Shown in pieces: positions 1-10,063 of a DNA stretch of 64,000 nucleotides. The position numbers and the translations under genes were made by a program. The stretch's first letter is position 1. Each line of letters begins with the position of its first letter. Below the pieces are notes generated by a model. The model searched no databases. It worked only from the letters and a program-made list of their open reading frames with translations, and was not told the DNA's origin. Location of the stretch: IMG/VR virus record IMGVR_UViG_3300021431_000098. The stretch is one strand, 5' to 3'. Source of the DNA: an uncultured virus (IMG/VR IMGVR_UViG_3300021431_000098) (Duplodnaviria; Heunggongvirae; Uroviricota; Caudoviricetes; Crassvirales).

Positions 1-1470
1 GGTAAGCAACCATCCTTCTTTCGGATAACCTGATGATAGTTCATTAACAACAAAACCGTAAGTATTTTCTATTTTATCAATCTTACCGTTTACTTTATTG
101 GCAATACCATTAATTTCATTAACGGCATCTACTATGGTAGATTTATTCGTAGTTTCTAAATTATCTGGATTACCTACTTTATTTAAAATATCCTGATTGT
201 CCTTTGTACTAATAATTTCCTTAGTTTTACATATAGGAGCAGATACCGAAGACTCAGTAAAGGCTTGCACCCTTAACCATACAGCATTATCTGGTGCTGT
301 AACTTCTAAATCTGTTTCGGTTACATAGCGTTCACCTGGATAGAAATTAGAAATCAACCCATTTTCAGAATTATAAAAAGCAGCCATACAAGCTGATGTG
401 CCAGAACCTGTAGAACCTGTAATAAGATATTTATTTCCTGCTGTTACAGCATATTTATTTACTTTAAAACCTGTTACAGGTTGTTCATGTCCTGAAATTG
501 CAATATAAGCATCCTTGGGATACCCAGCTTCTGGTTGTAGTATATTCTCTATTGTTTCATATACAATTTTATCTAACTTCCCCTCATTTAACGCAGCACC
601 CGCCGACGCACTCAGCACACCAGCAGGCCCACTAACCTCCTCTCCTTTCTCATCCTTAATCTTAGTGGCGGGAACAGACTGCCCGCTGCCAAACTCCACG
701 CCAACAACATTGCTCACATCAATAGCAGTGTCAGTCCAAGGAGGAGTTTGTGTGCTGTCATAATGCCAAATAGTAGCCGTAGCAGTCGATTGTTCGTCAC
801 TTGGAGGTGCATAGAGATAATCACCAACAGCACCCGTGGCAGGCTTACTAACGCCACTTGGGTAATACCCTTTGAACGGATTGACAGCATCTTTTCCTTT
901 CTCTCCTTTCTCACCTTTTTCTCCATCTTGTGGCTTATCAACCCATGATACAGCCCCATTTTTATACCCAAGAACTTTATTTTCTGAAGCACCTGTTGGT
1001 ATTTCAAACATATTATCTACTTTTTCTTTATCTTCATTAGTATAATCGTTTGTAGAAAGTCCTTTACCTTGTATTTTATCTACCTTTACAGATACATCAG
1101 GAATTATTGGCTTTTCGGTTAAATCATTATAACTTCCACTAAAATTGCTAGTACCAGCACCAATATTTTGCCTTGCTTGAGATTTTTGAACGTTGGTTAA
1201 AGTTTGTTCTGTATATAATACAGAATTAGGATTAGCATTTATAAATTCTTCTAAAGGGATAAGACCTTGCTCCATATCTATATCTGTGCCATCTAATTTA
1301 GTAACAACATATTCTGTTTGTCTATCTTCAACATAAATATGAAGTCCTACATAAGCTCCTGGAAAATTTGTTTGTAATTGTTCGAAAGTAGCAACAGTTG
1401 CTCTTTCATCAAGTGGTTTATTAGCATAAGCTCCACTTGTTCTTAATTGTTGTGTTACTGCTTGTGACAT
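1..1470 (-). CDS. tail/head fibre protein (3'-truncated by window edge)
   Basis: Not in the ORF track. ATG at 1470, open to position 1: MSQAVTQQLRTSGAYANKPLDER...QARQNIGAG..FSGSYNDLTEKP..KVDKIQGKGLSTNDYT (typical phage fibre motifs), plus short collagen-like GEKGEKGEKG. Confidence 0.75.
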   Translation of the reverse strand, partial: MSQAVTQQLRTSGAYANKPLDERATVATFEQLQTNFPGAYVGLHIYVEDRQTEYVVTKLDGTDIDMEQGLIPLEEFINANPNSVLYTEQTLTNVQKSQARQNIGAGTSNFSGSYNDLTEKPIIPDVSVKVDKIQGKGLSTNDYTNEDKEKVDNMFEIPTGASENKVLGYKNGAVSWVDKPQDGEKGEKGEKGKDAVNPFKGYYPSGVSKPATGAVGDYLYAPPSDEQSTATATIWHYDSTQTPPWTDTAIDVSNVVGVEFGSGQSVPATKIKDEKGEEVSGPAGVLSASAGAALNEGKLDKIVYETIENILQPEAGYPKDAYIAISGHEQPVTGFKVNKYAVTAGNKYLITGSTGSGTSACMAAFYNSENGLISNFYPGERYVTETDLEVTAPDNAVWLRVQAFTESSVSAPICKTKEIISTKDNQDILNKVGNPDNLETTNKSTIVDAVNEINGIANKVNGKIDKIENTYGFVVNELSSGYPKEGWLLT

Positions 1471-1471
1471 A

Positions 1472-2665
1472 TTATTGATTTTTTATTTGTATTTTAAAAG
1501 ATTTTAATGAAACTTGATTATCTAATAAATAAATAGCTTTAAATTTTTTATTATTATAAATAAAACTATCATCTACAACTTTTACATTAGGATATGTATT
1601 CAATTGTTCTATATCTACTTGATACAAAGTTTGACTGCTTCCTCCTAAATCATCATATCCTACTAATGTATGTGTTTTCTTTATTAAAAATACTTGTATG
1701 TAATTATTTGTAGTTCTACCTGTAACATTAATAACATCGTTTGTAGTTATTATAGAATTATCAGCTATTGGATAATTACTTAATTCTTTTACTTTTGTAG
1801 TATCATTAAGTTTATCTGTTGTTACATAATTAACTACAGTACTAGGAGTGTTATATATTGATTTCCGTTCTTGCAGAGTTATAGGTATCTCAAAATAATA
1901 TAATTGATTTGGTTCTTCGTATTTCTTTTGCTGTATAGTATAATTTGTACTATATTCTGCTCCAACATAACCAGATTGTGGAGTTTTTGTTGCTAATGTA
2001 AGTCTTACAGTTCCTACATCATGTTCTGTTGTTATTTGAGAACTACTTACTATAACTTTTCCTTCTTCATCTACACTCAAAGTATCACTAGAAAAAACCA
2101 ACGAAACATTATTATTTTCTAATATTTCATCATCCTCTCCACCATCCTCATATTCTATTATCTTATAGTGATTGTAGCCAATTGTAGGTGATAGTGTTCC
2201 ACCACTACTTTCGGCTTTATTATAAGATAAACTTACATTCCTAAACTCATACCTTATATTACTTATAACTCTTGGTGGAGTATATTCTCCTATAGTATAT
2301 TGTCCATCTTGTGTTATTAAAAGATGATTTTCTAAATCTATTATAACATTCCCATTAGAATCTGTTTCATATATAAAACTTGGAATTTCTTCTTCACCTT
2401 TGTATAAATTATCAATAGTTGCTTCAATATATTTTATCAAAGTATTGTATAACGTTGTATTTGTACTTTTAGCAGCAATAGCTGCATTAAACATATTAAA
2501 AGCATTAATAACTAATTGATTATTTCTTAAACATTCAGCAGTACAATCTTTTAGTTTAGCTTCACCATAGTCTGCCATCAAAGACATTATTCTATGATAA
2601 AGTACAATATCAGATTTTGGAACTGTTATATAGACGTATTGAGCACCAACAATTTCATTACTCAT
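1472..2665 (-). CDS. virion structural protein (fibre/hub-like)
   Basis: 397 aa in the structural module; helical N-terminus, beta-rich C-terminus. Confidence 0.5.
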   Translation of the reverse strand: MSNEIVGAQYVYITVPKSDIVLYHRIMSLMADYGEAKLKDCTAECLRNNQLVINAFNMFNAAIAAKSTNTTLYNTLIKYIEATIDNLYKGEEEIPSFIYETDSNGNVIIDLENHLLITQDGQYTIGEYTPPRVISNIRYEFRNVSLSYNKAESSGGTLSPTIGYNHYKIIEYEDGGEDDEILENNNVSLVFSSDTLSVDEEGKVIVSSSQITTEHDVGTVRLTLATKTPQSGYVGAEYSTNYTIQQKKYEEPNQLYYFEIPITLQERKSIYNTPSTVVNYVTTDKLNDTTKVKELSNYPIADNSIITTNDVINVTGRTTNNYIQVFLIKKTHTLVGYDDLGGSSQTLYQVDIEQLNTYPNVKVVDDSFIYNNKKFKAIYLLDNQVSLKSFKIQIKNQ

Positions 2666-2892
2666 AGTCTACCTAATTTTATAAAAAAGTTTATAAATTG
2701 TTTTTGTTTATCTTCACTAAATATAGTTATATTTCTAAAAGCACCTAAAAGCATAATAGACCATTGGAGTTTCTGTTCTTTATTCTTATTAGGAATATAA
2801 CCTTCTTCTGTTAGTAAAGCCATTATTTTAGCAACATCTAATTCTTTATTAGTTGTCGCACTTATAAGAGCTTGTTGCTGTTCTGTTGTCAT
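2662..2892 (-). CDS. hypothetical protein
   Basis: ATG at 2892 preferred over the TTG at 2922, which lies inside a hairpin; coupled to the next gene. Confidence 0.6.
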   Translation of the reverse strand: MTTEQQQALISATTNKELDVAKIMALLTEEGYIPNKNKEQKLQWSIMLLGAFRNITIFSEDKQKQFINFFIKLGRL

Positions 2893-2911
2893 AATATTAA
2901 GTTTATTAAAC

Positions 2912-2961
2912 AAAAACAACATCCTACATCTCTTTACGGGGGAGTGTAGGATGCTGTTTTT
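2912..2961 (-). terminator. intrinsic terminator hairpin whose loop is a copy of the TTTACGGGGG motif
   Basis: AAAAACAACATCCTACA / TGTAGGATGCTGTTTTT arms (1 mismatch) flanked by A/T runs. Confidence 0.65.
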
Positions 2962-2995
2962 ATATTTTTAGTTTATTCTTCATCATAAAAACCTT

Positions 2996-3619
2996 TTATG
3001 TGTTGAATACTCTATTAGAAATATATGTCGAATAGTCGTTTATGTAAATATTTAGTTTATCATTTATGTGTGCGATTCTCGACATTTCATCTTGACCATC
3101 ATAAATAATACCGATGATACTATCAGAAATAGTCTTTATCCAATCTTCTCTTAGTTTTGTTGCGACATTTACTTCTTTAATTTCATAAGCAGATAAAGCA
3201 GAATAAAGTTTATAATACTCAGTCGAAACTATTTTTCTTATATTGTCTTTAATGAGTTCTTTGTTTTTGTCAATGTTATTATGAGCTACTATTCCTATTG
3301 CTTCTTGAGATATTCTAAAACCGAATGCTTTGAAACCTAGTTGAATAGCTTTATCACACTGACTAATTTCTTTTCTTTCTGCTTTTTCAAAAGTTTTATC
3401 AAGTATAAGATTAAGTTTAGCAACATTGACTGTGATTTCTCTCATTGCCTTACTCATTTCGATTAGAGGCTTGTCTTTTTGTTTTCCTTTGAGATAATCA
3501 ATTATTTTTACTATTGCTGTATAAATTATAAAAACTACACTTGATATAATCGCTGCTGTATATGAAGAGTTCCTAATACTTTCTGAAATGATTTCATTAA
3601 TACTTTGAAACTCATCCAT
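2996..3619 (-). CDS. membrane-anchored protein (holin-like candidate)
   Basis: Single N-terminal hydrophobic helix AAIISSVVFIIYTAIV followed by a helical domain. Confidence 0.45.
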   Translation of the reverse strand: MDEFQSINEIISESIRNSSYTAAIISSVVFIIYTAIVKIIDYLKGKQKDKPLIEMSKAMREITVNVAKLNLILDKTFEKAERKEISQCDKAIQLGFKAFGFRISQEAIGIVAHNNIDKNKELIKDNIRKIVSTEYYKLYSALSAYEIKEVNVATKLREDWIKTISDSIIGIIYDGQDEMSRIAHINDKLNIYINDYSTYISNRVFNT

Positions 3620-3622
3620 TTG

Positions 3623-4534
3623 TTAAACTCCTAAAATAGTATCAAGAATACCAGTATCAGCGTGAGGAGTAGCAATATGCACAATTTGATTAACTACTTC
3701 ATCTCTAGTTTTTGCACTATTTCGAGGAACTGCGAATCTAAGTGTGTAAATATCAAATGTACCGCTTTCTGGAACATCTTTAAGATAACCAGGAATAAAA
3801 TCATGACTTTCGGCATGAGTGTAAAAATATCCTTTATCACCAGCACACTGCATAGCCAAATCTTTAAGATGGTCAATAGTACCTGTACCGCGTTTGTAAT
3901 GTGTCAAAGTGCCTACAGTGATATTGTCAGAAACCTCAACTGTATATTCACATTCAGAACTTGTAAGAGTAAGTTGAGCCCCACTTACAGCAACCTTTAT
4001 ACCTAGAAAAGCATTTTCCTCAATAAGTTTTTTAATTTCTTCAGCAATATTATTTGCAGTAGTTGCCATAGGAGTAGCTCCTGTAGTAGAAATATCTTTT
4101 TTCCTAACTACATATTCAAAATACCAACGATTTCTTTCATGAGGAACAGTACCATATTTATAAAGTTTAATAGCAAAAACATCACCAACTTTAGGAGATG
4201 GAGCTATATATGGAACTTCCTGAGTGTTGTCAGTAGCATCTTGATGTTGCTGTTCTTCATTATACTTTACAGTAATAATTTGAGAAAAATCAACATGAGC
4301 TTCATAAGCTGCTTTACTTATAGTAAAACTTTTATAATCTACTTCAGGAATTACTCTAGCAGCTTGACCATTTATATTGCCTAATGCAATACCAAAATTT
4401 TCAGTAACTGTAGTAGTGATACGACTATAGTCACTCAACTTAAAAAGCATAAGTTGACCAGCCGTAAGAGCAGAAAGACTCTTACCAGTTCCAGAACTAG
4501 CAAGACCCGCATTTGCAATCAAAAGTTGTTTCAT
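3623..4534 (-). CDS. virion structural protein (auxiliary capsid-like, crAss capsid module)
   Basis: 303 aa, G/A/T-rich, third gene downstream of MCP as in crAss-like phages. Confidence 0.55.
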   Translation of the reverse strand: MKQLLIANAGLASSGTGKSLSALTAGQLMLFKLSDYSRITTTVTENFGIALGNINGQAARVIPEVDYKSFTISKAAYEAHVDFSQIITVKYNEEQQHQDATDNTQEVPYIAPSPKVGDVFAIKLYKYGTVPHERNRWYFEYVVRKKDISTTGATPMATTANNIAEEIKKLIEENAFLGIKVAVSGAQLTLTSSECEYTVEVSDNITVGTLTHYKRGTGTIDHLKDLAMQCAGDKGYFYTHAESHDFIPGYLKDVPESGTFDIYTLRFAVPRNSAKTRDEVVNQIVHIATPHADTGILDTILGV

Positions 4535-4564
4535 ATATTAATTATTATTTTAAATTGTTATTAA

Positions 4565-5296
4565 TTATTGACCACCAGCTTCTTGATTTCTCGCTGGAGC
4601 CTGTGGTGCTTGATTTGTTTGTTGATTATACAAACCCCCTTTAACAGAAATATTATATAAATCAACTGCGTGTTTGACAATATCAACATGAAGAGTTTCA
4701 GGTAAATCACAATTTTTAGGAGTTGCTAAATTAACTTCAGCAGGTTTTCTTATAAAAGAAACTCTAACTATAGGGTTAGTAACACTTGTACCAAAGTATA
4801 TCTCTACATTATCTTTATTTTGATTATCTACAACTGTATTGTAAATTACCATTACAGGACTAGTTCTTTTTGGCTTTAAAATTGCATCATTTAGCGTATT
4901 TGCTAATTCAGAACTTTCAATAACTCTAATAGGAAACAATCCACTAACATCAGAATATTTAACAGCAAAATCTATGAGATAAAGATAAGGAGAATTGCTA
5001 CCACTATTTAAAGCAGTAGCAATCTCCTTGGTTAGCATTTCCCCAGTGCCGTTTATATTAATTTCATGTACTTCATAGAGAGTTTTAAGTTCATTAACTT
5101 GATTTATTTTGCCATTTGTAAGACCATTAGGTTCTTTCTTTAGTCCTACGTGTTCTCTAACAAGTTGATTAACTATATCCGAAATGCTAGTGTTAAGTAA
5201 TACGTCAATCTGTTCAGGTCTAATAGCGAGAACATTTTGCATACCCATTTGTTGGGCAAGCTGACGAAACATAACGTGCATATCAGAAATATTCAT
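4565..5296 (-). CDS. head-tail ring/adaptor protein (crAss gene74-like)
   Basis: PEQIDVLLN...FIRKPAEV...CDLPETLHVDIVKHAV, typical of crAss ring proteins; position after MCP. Confidence 0.7.
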   Translation of the reverse strand: MNISDMHVMFRQLAQQMGMQNVLAIRPEQIDVLLNTSISDIVNQLVREHVGLKKEPNGLTNGKINQVNELKTLYEVHEININGTGEMLTKEIATALNSGSNSPYLYLIDFAVKYSDVSGLFPIRVIESSELANTLNDAILKPKRTSPVMVIYNTVVDNQNKDNVEIYFGTSVTNPIVRVSFIRKPAEVNLATPKNCDLPETLHVDIVKHAVDLYNISVKGGLYNQQTNQAPQAPARNQEAGGQ

Positions 5297-5302
5297 TGTT
5301 TA

Positions 5303-6382
5303 TTAATGTTTAAGTTTGTTTTCAAAAACTGTTCTTTCTCCTTTGTTGACAGGGTTTTCAAACCAAGCAATTGCATCATTAATGTTAGCACCAATAAACG
5401 TACCATCAGGTTTAGTAATCTGTTGATTGTAATCGGTACGAACAAGTTCACCTCTAAGAATAAGATTTTCAATGAATGCTTTGAGAATGATTTTCTTGTC
5501 ATTATAAAGTTTATTAAACTTATCAGGATTTGTATTAACATAATCCATAATGACTTGCTGTCTTTCGCTATTATCTCTACCAAGAGCTTCAGTCATATTG
5601 TCATTTTTCTTCTGACAAATAGCAAGATAAACTGCATCAAACTTTTCTTTAGTACCGCTAAGTTCAACATAGTTTGTCATAGCAGTCTTACGCTCAATAA
5701 TAAGTTTTTTACGAAGTTCAGCTTCACGAGCTTCATCCTTAATATAAAAACGAATACTACTATCTGAATTGATAAAAGCTGTATCCTTTGCTACTTCTTT
5801 ATAAAGAAGGCAATGGCGATACATAAGATATTCTTCAAGATTTACAGGGTCACCATATTTATATTTAGTACTTTCAAGCGCATTAAGTCTATCAATCTTA
5901 AGTTTAAGAGCTTTTCTCAATGCATCTTGATTAGCTCTATCAACTTTTTCATATTCAGCGCAAATCTCATCTTCTTGCTTTTTAACGTTCAGATAATCTT
6001 TCTTGTGTTTATACCTGAAAGAAGTATCAAGAACAACATCTTTATCTCTAACTTCAAAGTGAATGTTGTTAAGCCAAGCTTTAACTCTAGCAACAAAGTT
6101 TTCATTGTTAGCCGAAATACCTAATAATGCTGGAAAATAAGCTGCAACTTCTTCTGCATTAGAAGAAAGAATACGAGAAGAAGTAATTGAAGAACCAATA
6201 ACTTCTCTTTTTTGTCCCAATACTTTCATATTAGCTTTACGATAAGCTGAATAATTAAGAACACAACTAATAGTAACACTGCGTTCATCAGTATAAGGAG
6301 CATCCAAATCTTCATCAAATGCACTTACAGTAGGTTTAGTAGCCTCTGAATTTTTATTAGCAATATTTTCATTATCTGCCAT
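5303..6382 (-). CDS. conserved crAss capsid-module protein (gene75-like)
   Basis: 359 aa directly downstream of MCP. Confidence 0.6.
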   Translation of the reverse strand: MADNENIANKNSEATKPTVSAFDEDLDAPYTDERSVTISCVLNYSAYRKANMKVLGQKREVIGSSITSSRILSSNAEEVAAYFPALLGISANNENFVARVKAWLNNIHFEVRDKDVVLDTSFRYKHKKDYLNVKKQEDEICAEYEKVDRANQDALRKALKLKIDRLNALESTKYKYGDPVNLEEYLMYRHCLLYKEVAKDTAFINSDSSIRFYIKDEAREAELRKKLIIERKTAMTNYVELSGTKEKFDAVYLAICQKKNDNMTEALGRDNSERQQVIMDYVNTNPDKFNKLYNDKKIILKAFIENLILRGELVRTDYNQQITKPDGTFIGANINDAIAWFENPVNKGERTVFENKLKH

Positions 6383-6408
6383 AATTCTTACAATTTTAAT
6401 TTAATTTA

Positions 6409-7887
6409 TTAAAGGACACACTTCAACTGCATCATCTTTCTATTGTTATCAACCTGCAAGCCAATAGTACTCTTAACTTCATAACGGCTCATATCAATTT
6501 CAGTGCTGATAGCATTATTAGGAACAGAACCCCAAGATGCAGGAATAGGAGTAAGACCTTTGAGAATACCAATAATATGCTCTTGACCTTTCAAACGAAC
6601 CATTCTAACATTACGAGTTCCCTCATAAGTAGAGAAGTCAAGCAAGAAAGCTTGGTGAGAAGTCATAGGCAAACCACTCTTAGGATGGATATTACCATTA
6701 GCTTTGTCGTTATCGGCAAGACTACCTTTATCAAGGAAAGCAAGATGCTTCAGAGTAATGATATGGTTATCGATGGTCTTATATCTACGGAAATATTTAC
6801 CATAAGAAAGACCACCATCATATTCCTCAATCATCTTATCACCGAGAGCGTCAACAAAACCGTTATTAGTAGCGGCATCTCGCATAGCACCGTCAAAGTC
6901 CTGCCAGAAACCTTTACCGCAACCAAGAACAACTTCCATCGTACCAGTATCAGTATCTTTATCAAGAACATCACCGATAGTACGTTCAATTAGATTAAGA
7001 GTAAGAGTCTCACCATAAGTAGCATAGTTACTCTCACGGCAAATCTCCATCATACCAGCAGTAGAACGAATAGGTTTGCTATTATCTCTATCAAGCATGG
7101 TAATTTCACCATTCTCATTCAAGTTATAATTAGCAAGCCATAGTCTTTCCTCTTCTGCAATACGTTTAGCAATCTCGAACTGACGCATCTCTTCATTAAT
7201 CCAAAGATTGGTAGTACCACCACCCTTAGTCTTAAACTCGTATTCAACAATAGTATTACTGATATTGCCAGCAATTTCTTTAGAATAACGATGATACTCA
7301 AGTTGAGAAGTCATCTTACCAGGTCCCATACTATTGCTACGGTTACCTTTAGAGTAACTAGCAGGAATAGTAGGAGCAGTCATTGTCCAATACTTACCAA
7401 CTTTAAGATTTTCAGTATTAACATAAAAGTTAGGATTAGGATTCCAAAGTTTAAGACGATAAACATAACCGCCATGAGTTCCTTCACCAAGGTCAGCCAT
7501 AATACGAACCTGTGTAACACCATCAGGAGCAACAAGCGACCATTGTTCAATAAGCCAATGAGTAGCAAACTCTACATCAAACATTGCACCACCTTGACCA
7601 GGAGTACTATTTGCAGTATTAAAGTAAACAACATAATCATTAAAATGAAGTCTACCCATAGTTTTCCAAGTCCAAGTTTCAGTTTCAATGCTTTTCACAC
7701 CACTGCTACCTTGACCCTCAGTAAGGAATGAAAGAGGAAATCTATCATCATCCATTCCAAAAGTGTAAGTAAGTGTTCTGTTAATTTCTGCGGGTTTACT
7801 AAGCATAAGATTAGCAATAGACTCTTCATTGCTATAACCTCTGTCATCATAACGCCCACGAGAAACTTCTCTAAGTTTGTACGGCAT
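6409..7887 (-). CDS. major capsid protein
   Basis: 492 aa, crAss-type MCP; highly expressed codon usage (CGT, AAG, AAC); lies between scaffold-like and ring genes. Confidence 0.9.
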   Translation of the reverse strand: MPYKLREVSRGRYDDRGYSNEESIANLMLSKPAEINRTLTYTFGMDDDRFPLSFLTEGQGSSGVKSIETETWTWKTMGRLHFNDYVVYFNTANSTPGQGGAMFDVEFATHWLIEQWSLVAPDGVTQVRIMADLGEGTHGGYVYRLKLWNPNPNFYVNTENLKVGKYWTMTAPTIPASYSKGNRSNSMGPGKMTSQLEYHRYSKEIAGNISNTIVEYEFKTKGGGTTNLWINEEMRQFEIAKRIAEEERLWLANYNLNENGEITMLDRDNSKPIRSTAGMMEICRESNYATYGETLTLNLIERTIGDVLDKDTDTGTMEVVLGCGKGFWQDFDGAMRDAATNNGFVDALGDKMIEEYDGGLSYGKYFRRYKTIDNHIITLKHLAFLDKGSLADNDKANGNIHPKSGLPMTSHQAFLLDFSTYEGTRNVRMVRLKGQEHIIGILKGLTPIPASWGSVPNNAISTEIDMSRYEVKSTIGLQVDNNRKMMQLKCVL

Positions 7888-7926
7888 AATTTAAATTTTT
7901 AAATTAATAATAAATATTATATCAAA

Positions 7927-9162
7927 TTAATCAAGTAACACATCAGAAGCACTAGTAGCTTTAGGCTTAGCAATTTTAACTTGGCTACGAGTTTTATTCT
8001 TTTTGGAATTAATAACAAGTTTTCTTACTTGTTCTTCCTTAATAGCCATATTAACCAAGCTATCATAACTATTGCCTGTAAACATCAACCAAGCATCGAG
8101 AAGTTCTCTATTTAAATGTGCTTCGTTACTAAGGTTACTTAAATCTTTTTGGTATCCAGTTATTGCATTTCCATCTTCATCTTGTTCACTACTTCTAGAA
8201 ACATAATCATAGAAATCATTGAGAGTAAGAGTTACTTTCTGACCATTTCTCTCTGCTACGAATGTTTCAGGAAGCATGTAGTTTCCAATCTTTCTATTCT
8301 TAATAGCGTTATCAACACTATTCCAATATTCATTAAGTTCAGCAAGCTCTTGTTCTCTAGCTTGTTCAGCTCTTTGTTCAATCTCTTCACGAATTTGTTT
8401 ATCGTGAGCAACAAGAGCATCCAATTGACTCTTAGCAGTATCATAAAGTCTACCACTAGTTTTTAAGAAGTCAATATAAGCTTCATCCATAGAAGCATTA
8501 CCAAATTCCTCAGCAGCCATTCTAATAACTGCGGCAAGTTGATTTTCATTATCCTTGTCAAGAACAATTCCACTTCTATCAGGAATTTCACCAAAACCAC
8601 GAGGAGTACCAGTTATCTTAACATAATCAATAAATTGTTTAAGCATAGGATTATCCATAAACAATTTATTAACTGCACCTTCTGCAACTTCATTAGTTTT
8701 AGTAGCAATTACAGAATCAACATAATCTTTTACACCTTGAGGAGTGTCAGGAAAATCAATTTCATTTCCATTTTCATCCTTTACATCAATTCCAATTGCT
8801 TCTTTAATAGAACCAAGAGTAATCTCTTCATCCTCATCAGTAGGTTTATTTTCTTCAAGAAATTGTTTTACATCCTTAGCTTCTTTAAAAACATTACCGT
8901 CTTTGTCAACAATATCACCATTATCGGCAACAGTATAACTAACACCGTCAATTTCAATCTCAGTGCCAGCTTCTAGCCCACTATCATTATTTTCTTCTAC
9001 GGGGGGAGTGTCAGGAGTTCTAGTAAGGTCTGTAGTTTCATTAGTTTTATCATCATGAATATCTACAGGAGTATTATCTACTTTAACTCCATCGCCAGAC
9101 TTTACACCCTCACTACTAGTTGTAGTAGTAGGATTGCCTTCAAAATCAATATCTACATCCAT
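7927..9162 (-). CDS. putative scaffolding protein (crAss gene77-like)
   Basis: Very acidic N-terminus, coiled coil, immediately upstream of MCP. Confidence 0.7.
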   Translation of the reverse strand: MDVDIDFEGNPTTTTSSEGVKSGDGVKVDNTPVDIHDDKTNETTDLTRTPDTPPVEENNDSGLEAGTEIEIDGVSYTVADNGDIVDKDGNVFKEAKDVKQFLEENKPTDEDEEITLGSIKEAIGIDVKDENGNEIDFPDTPQGVKDYVDSVIATKTNEVAEGAVNKLFMDNPMLKQFIDYVKITGTPRGFGEIPDRSGIVLDKDNENQLAAVIRMAAEEFGNASMDEAYIDFLKTSGRLYDTAKSQLDALVAHDKQIREEIEQRAEQAREQELAELNEYWNSVDNAIKNRKIGNYMLPETFVAERNGQKVTLTLNDFYDYVSRSSEQDEDGNAITGYQKDLSNLSNEAHLNRELLDAWLMFTGNSYDSLVNMAIKEEQVRKLVINSKKNKTRSQVKIAKPKATSASDVLLD

Positions 9163-9215
9163 TTTTAGTTAGTTTTTAACGTTACTATTATTATTTTCTA
9201 TTACTAAAAGTTATG

Positions 9216-9223
9216 CAAAAGTA
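9216..9223 (-). promoter_or_regulatory. Bacteroidota primary-sigma -7 element (TACTTTTG)
   Basis: Matches TAnnTTTG, ~55 nt upstream of the scaffold/MCP operon. Confidence 0.6.
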
Positions 9224-9475
9224 ATACTTTTTGTATAATGTGGCTGACACATAACTTTATCATTAGGAAAATATATTATATGAATAATAATAAAATGATA
9301 ACTTACAATACTGCCAATAATCGAAAAAGTTAAAATTCTCTCTAAAAATCAAATCAAAATATGCCCACTGATAGGGCAAATTTAAAGCCTAAGACTCTAA
9401 AATTCAGTTTGTGATAACTTGTTAAGCTCTGAATTTTAAACGTTAAATTTAGAATTTCAAAATATATAAAAATTA

Positions 9476-9507
9476 AAAACTCTCTTCATCATTAAGATAA
9501 AGAGAGT
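9476..9507 (-). terminator. intrinsic terminator
   Basis: ACTCTCTT/AAGAGAGT stem with a T-run on the minus strand, after the 9532..9831 gene. Confidence 0.55.
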
Positions 9508-9531
9508 CAAAGTAGTTTGGGAACACATCTA

Positions 9532-9831
9532 CTAAATACACAACATTATTAACAACATTCCGGTAAGAGTTCCAGTCATACCGTATATTACATCTTTAAT
9601 TTCATAAGAATGTCCTTTATGAACTTCATCATATAATTCTTTTAGATAAACTATAGCAATTGAAATTATTGTAATTATTATTATCCCCCCGTAAGAAAGA
9701 TGATGAGATACTTTAATTACTGCACACATTACTTCAACCAATAACAATCCAAATATATAATGTAATAGTTTATCTTTTTCTATTTCAACAACAGCATTAA
9801 ATATCTTTTGAATTATTTTCTTTACCTTCAT
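9532..9831 (-). CDS. small multi-TM membrane protein (VanZ-like)
   Basis: DKLLHY..., KELYDE..., D-x4-G; three hydrophobic segments. Confidence 0.55.
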   Translation of the reverse strand: MKVKKIIQKIFNAVVEIEKDKLLHYIFGLLLVEVMCAVIKVSHHLSYGGIIIITIISIAIVYLKELYDEVHKGHSYEIKDVIYGMTGTLTGMLLIMLCI

Positions 9832-10051
9832 CTTTATTAATTTTAGGTTCTTTTAAATATAATCCACAATGACAAATATCTCTTTCAAGATAATCAGCAC
9901 AAGGACATTGGTCGTGACCTATTCTAGTTTTAATTCTAGTAGGACAATGTCCACCATTATGTCCTATTGTGTTAAAGATACCATTAACTTTACTATCATC
10001 TGGATTTAATATCCATCCTTCTTTTCTAATGATTTTAATTTCTGTAGCCAT
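9797..10051 (-). CDS. ferredoxin-thioredoxin reductase catalytic-chain-like protein
   Basis: W-x-LNPD...CPT...CPC...CHCGLY signature. Confidence 0.8.
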   Translation of the reverse strand: MATEIKIIRKEGWILNPDDSKVNGIFNTIGHNGGHCPTRIKTRIGHDQCPCADYLERDICHCGLYLKEPKINKDEGKENNSKDI

Positions 10052-10063
10052 AACTTTTAGATT

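Noticed and set aside
515..1007. Short ORFs listed in the track at the left end
   Set aside because: Off-frame or antisense to the real fibre ORF (1..1470, minus), which the track missed because it lacks a stop in the window.
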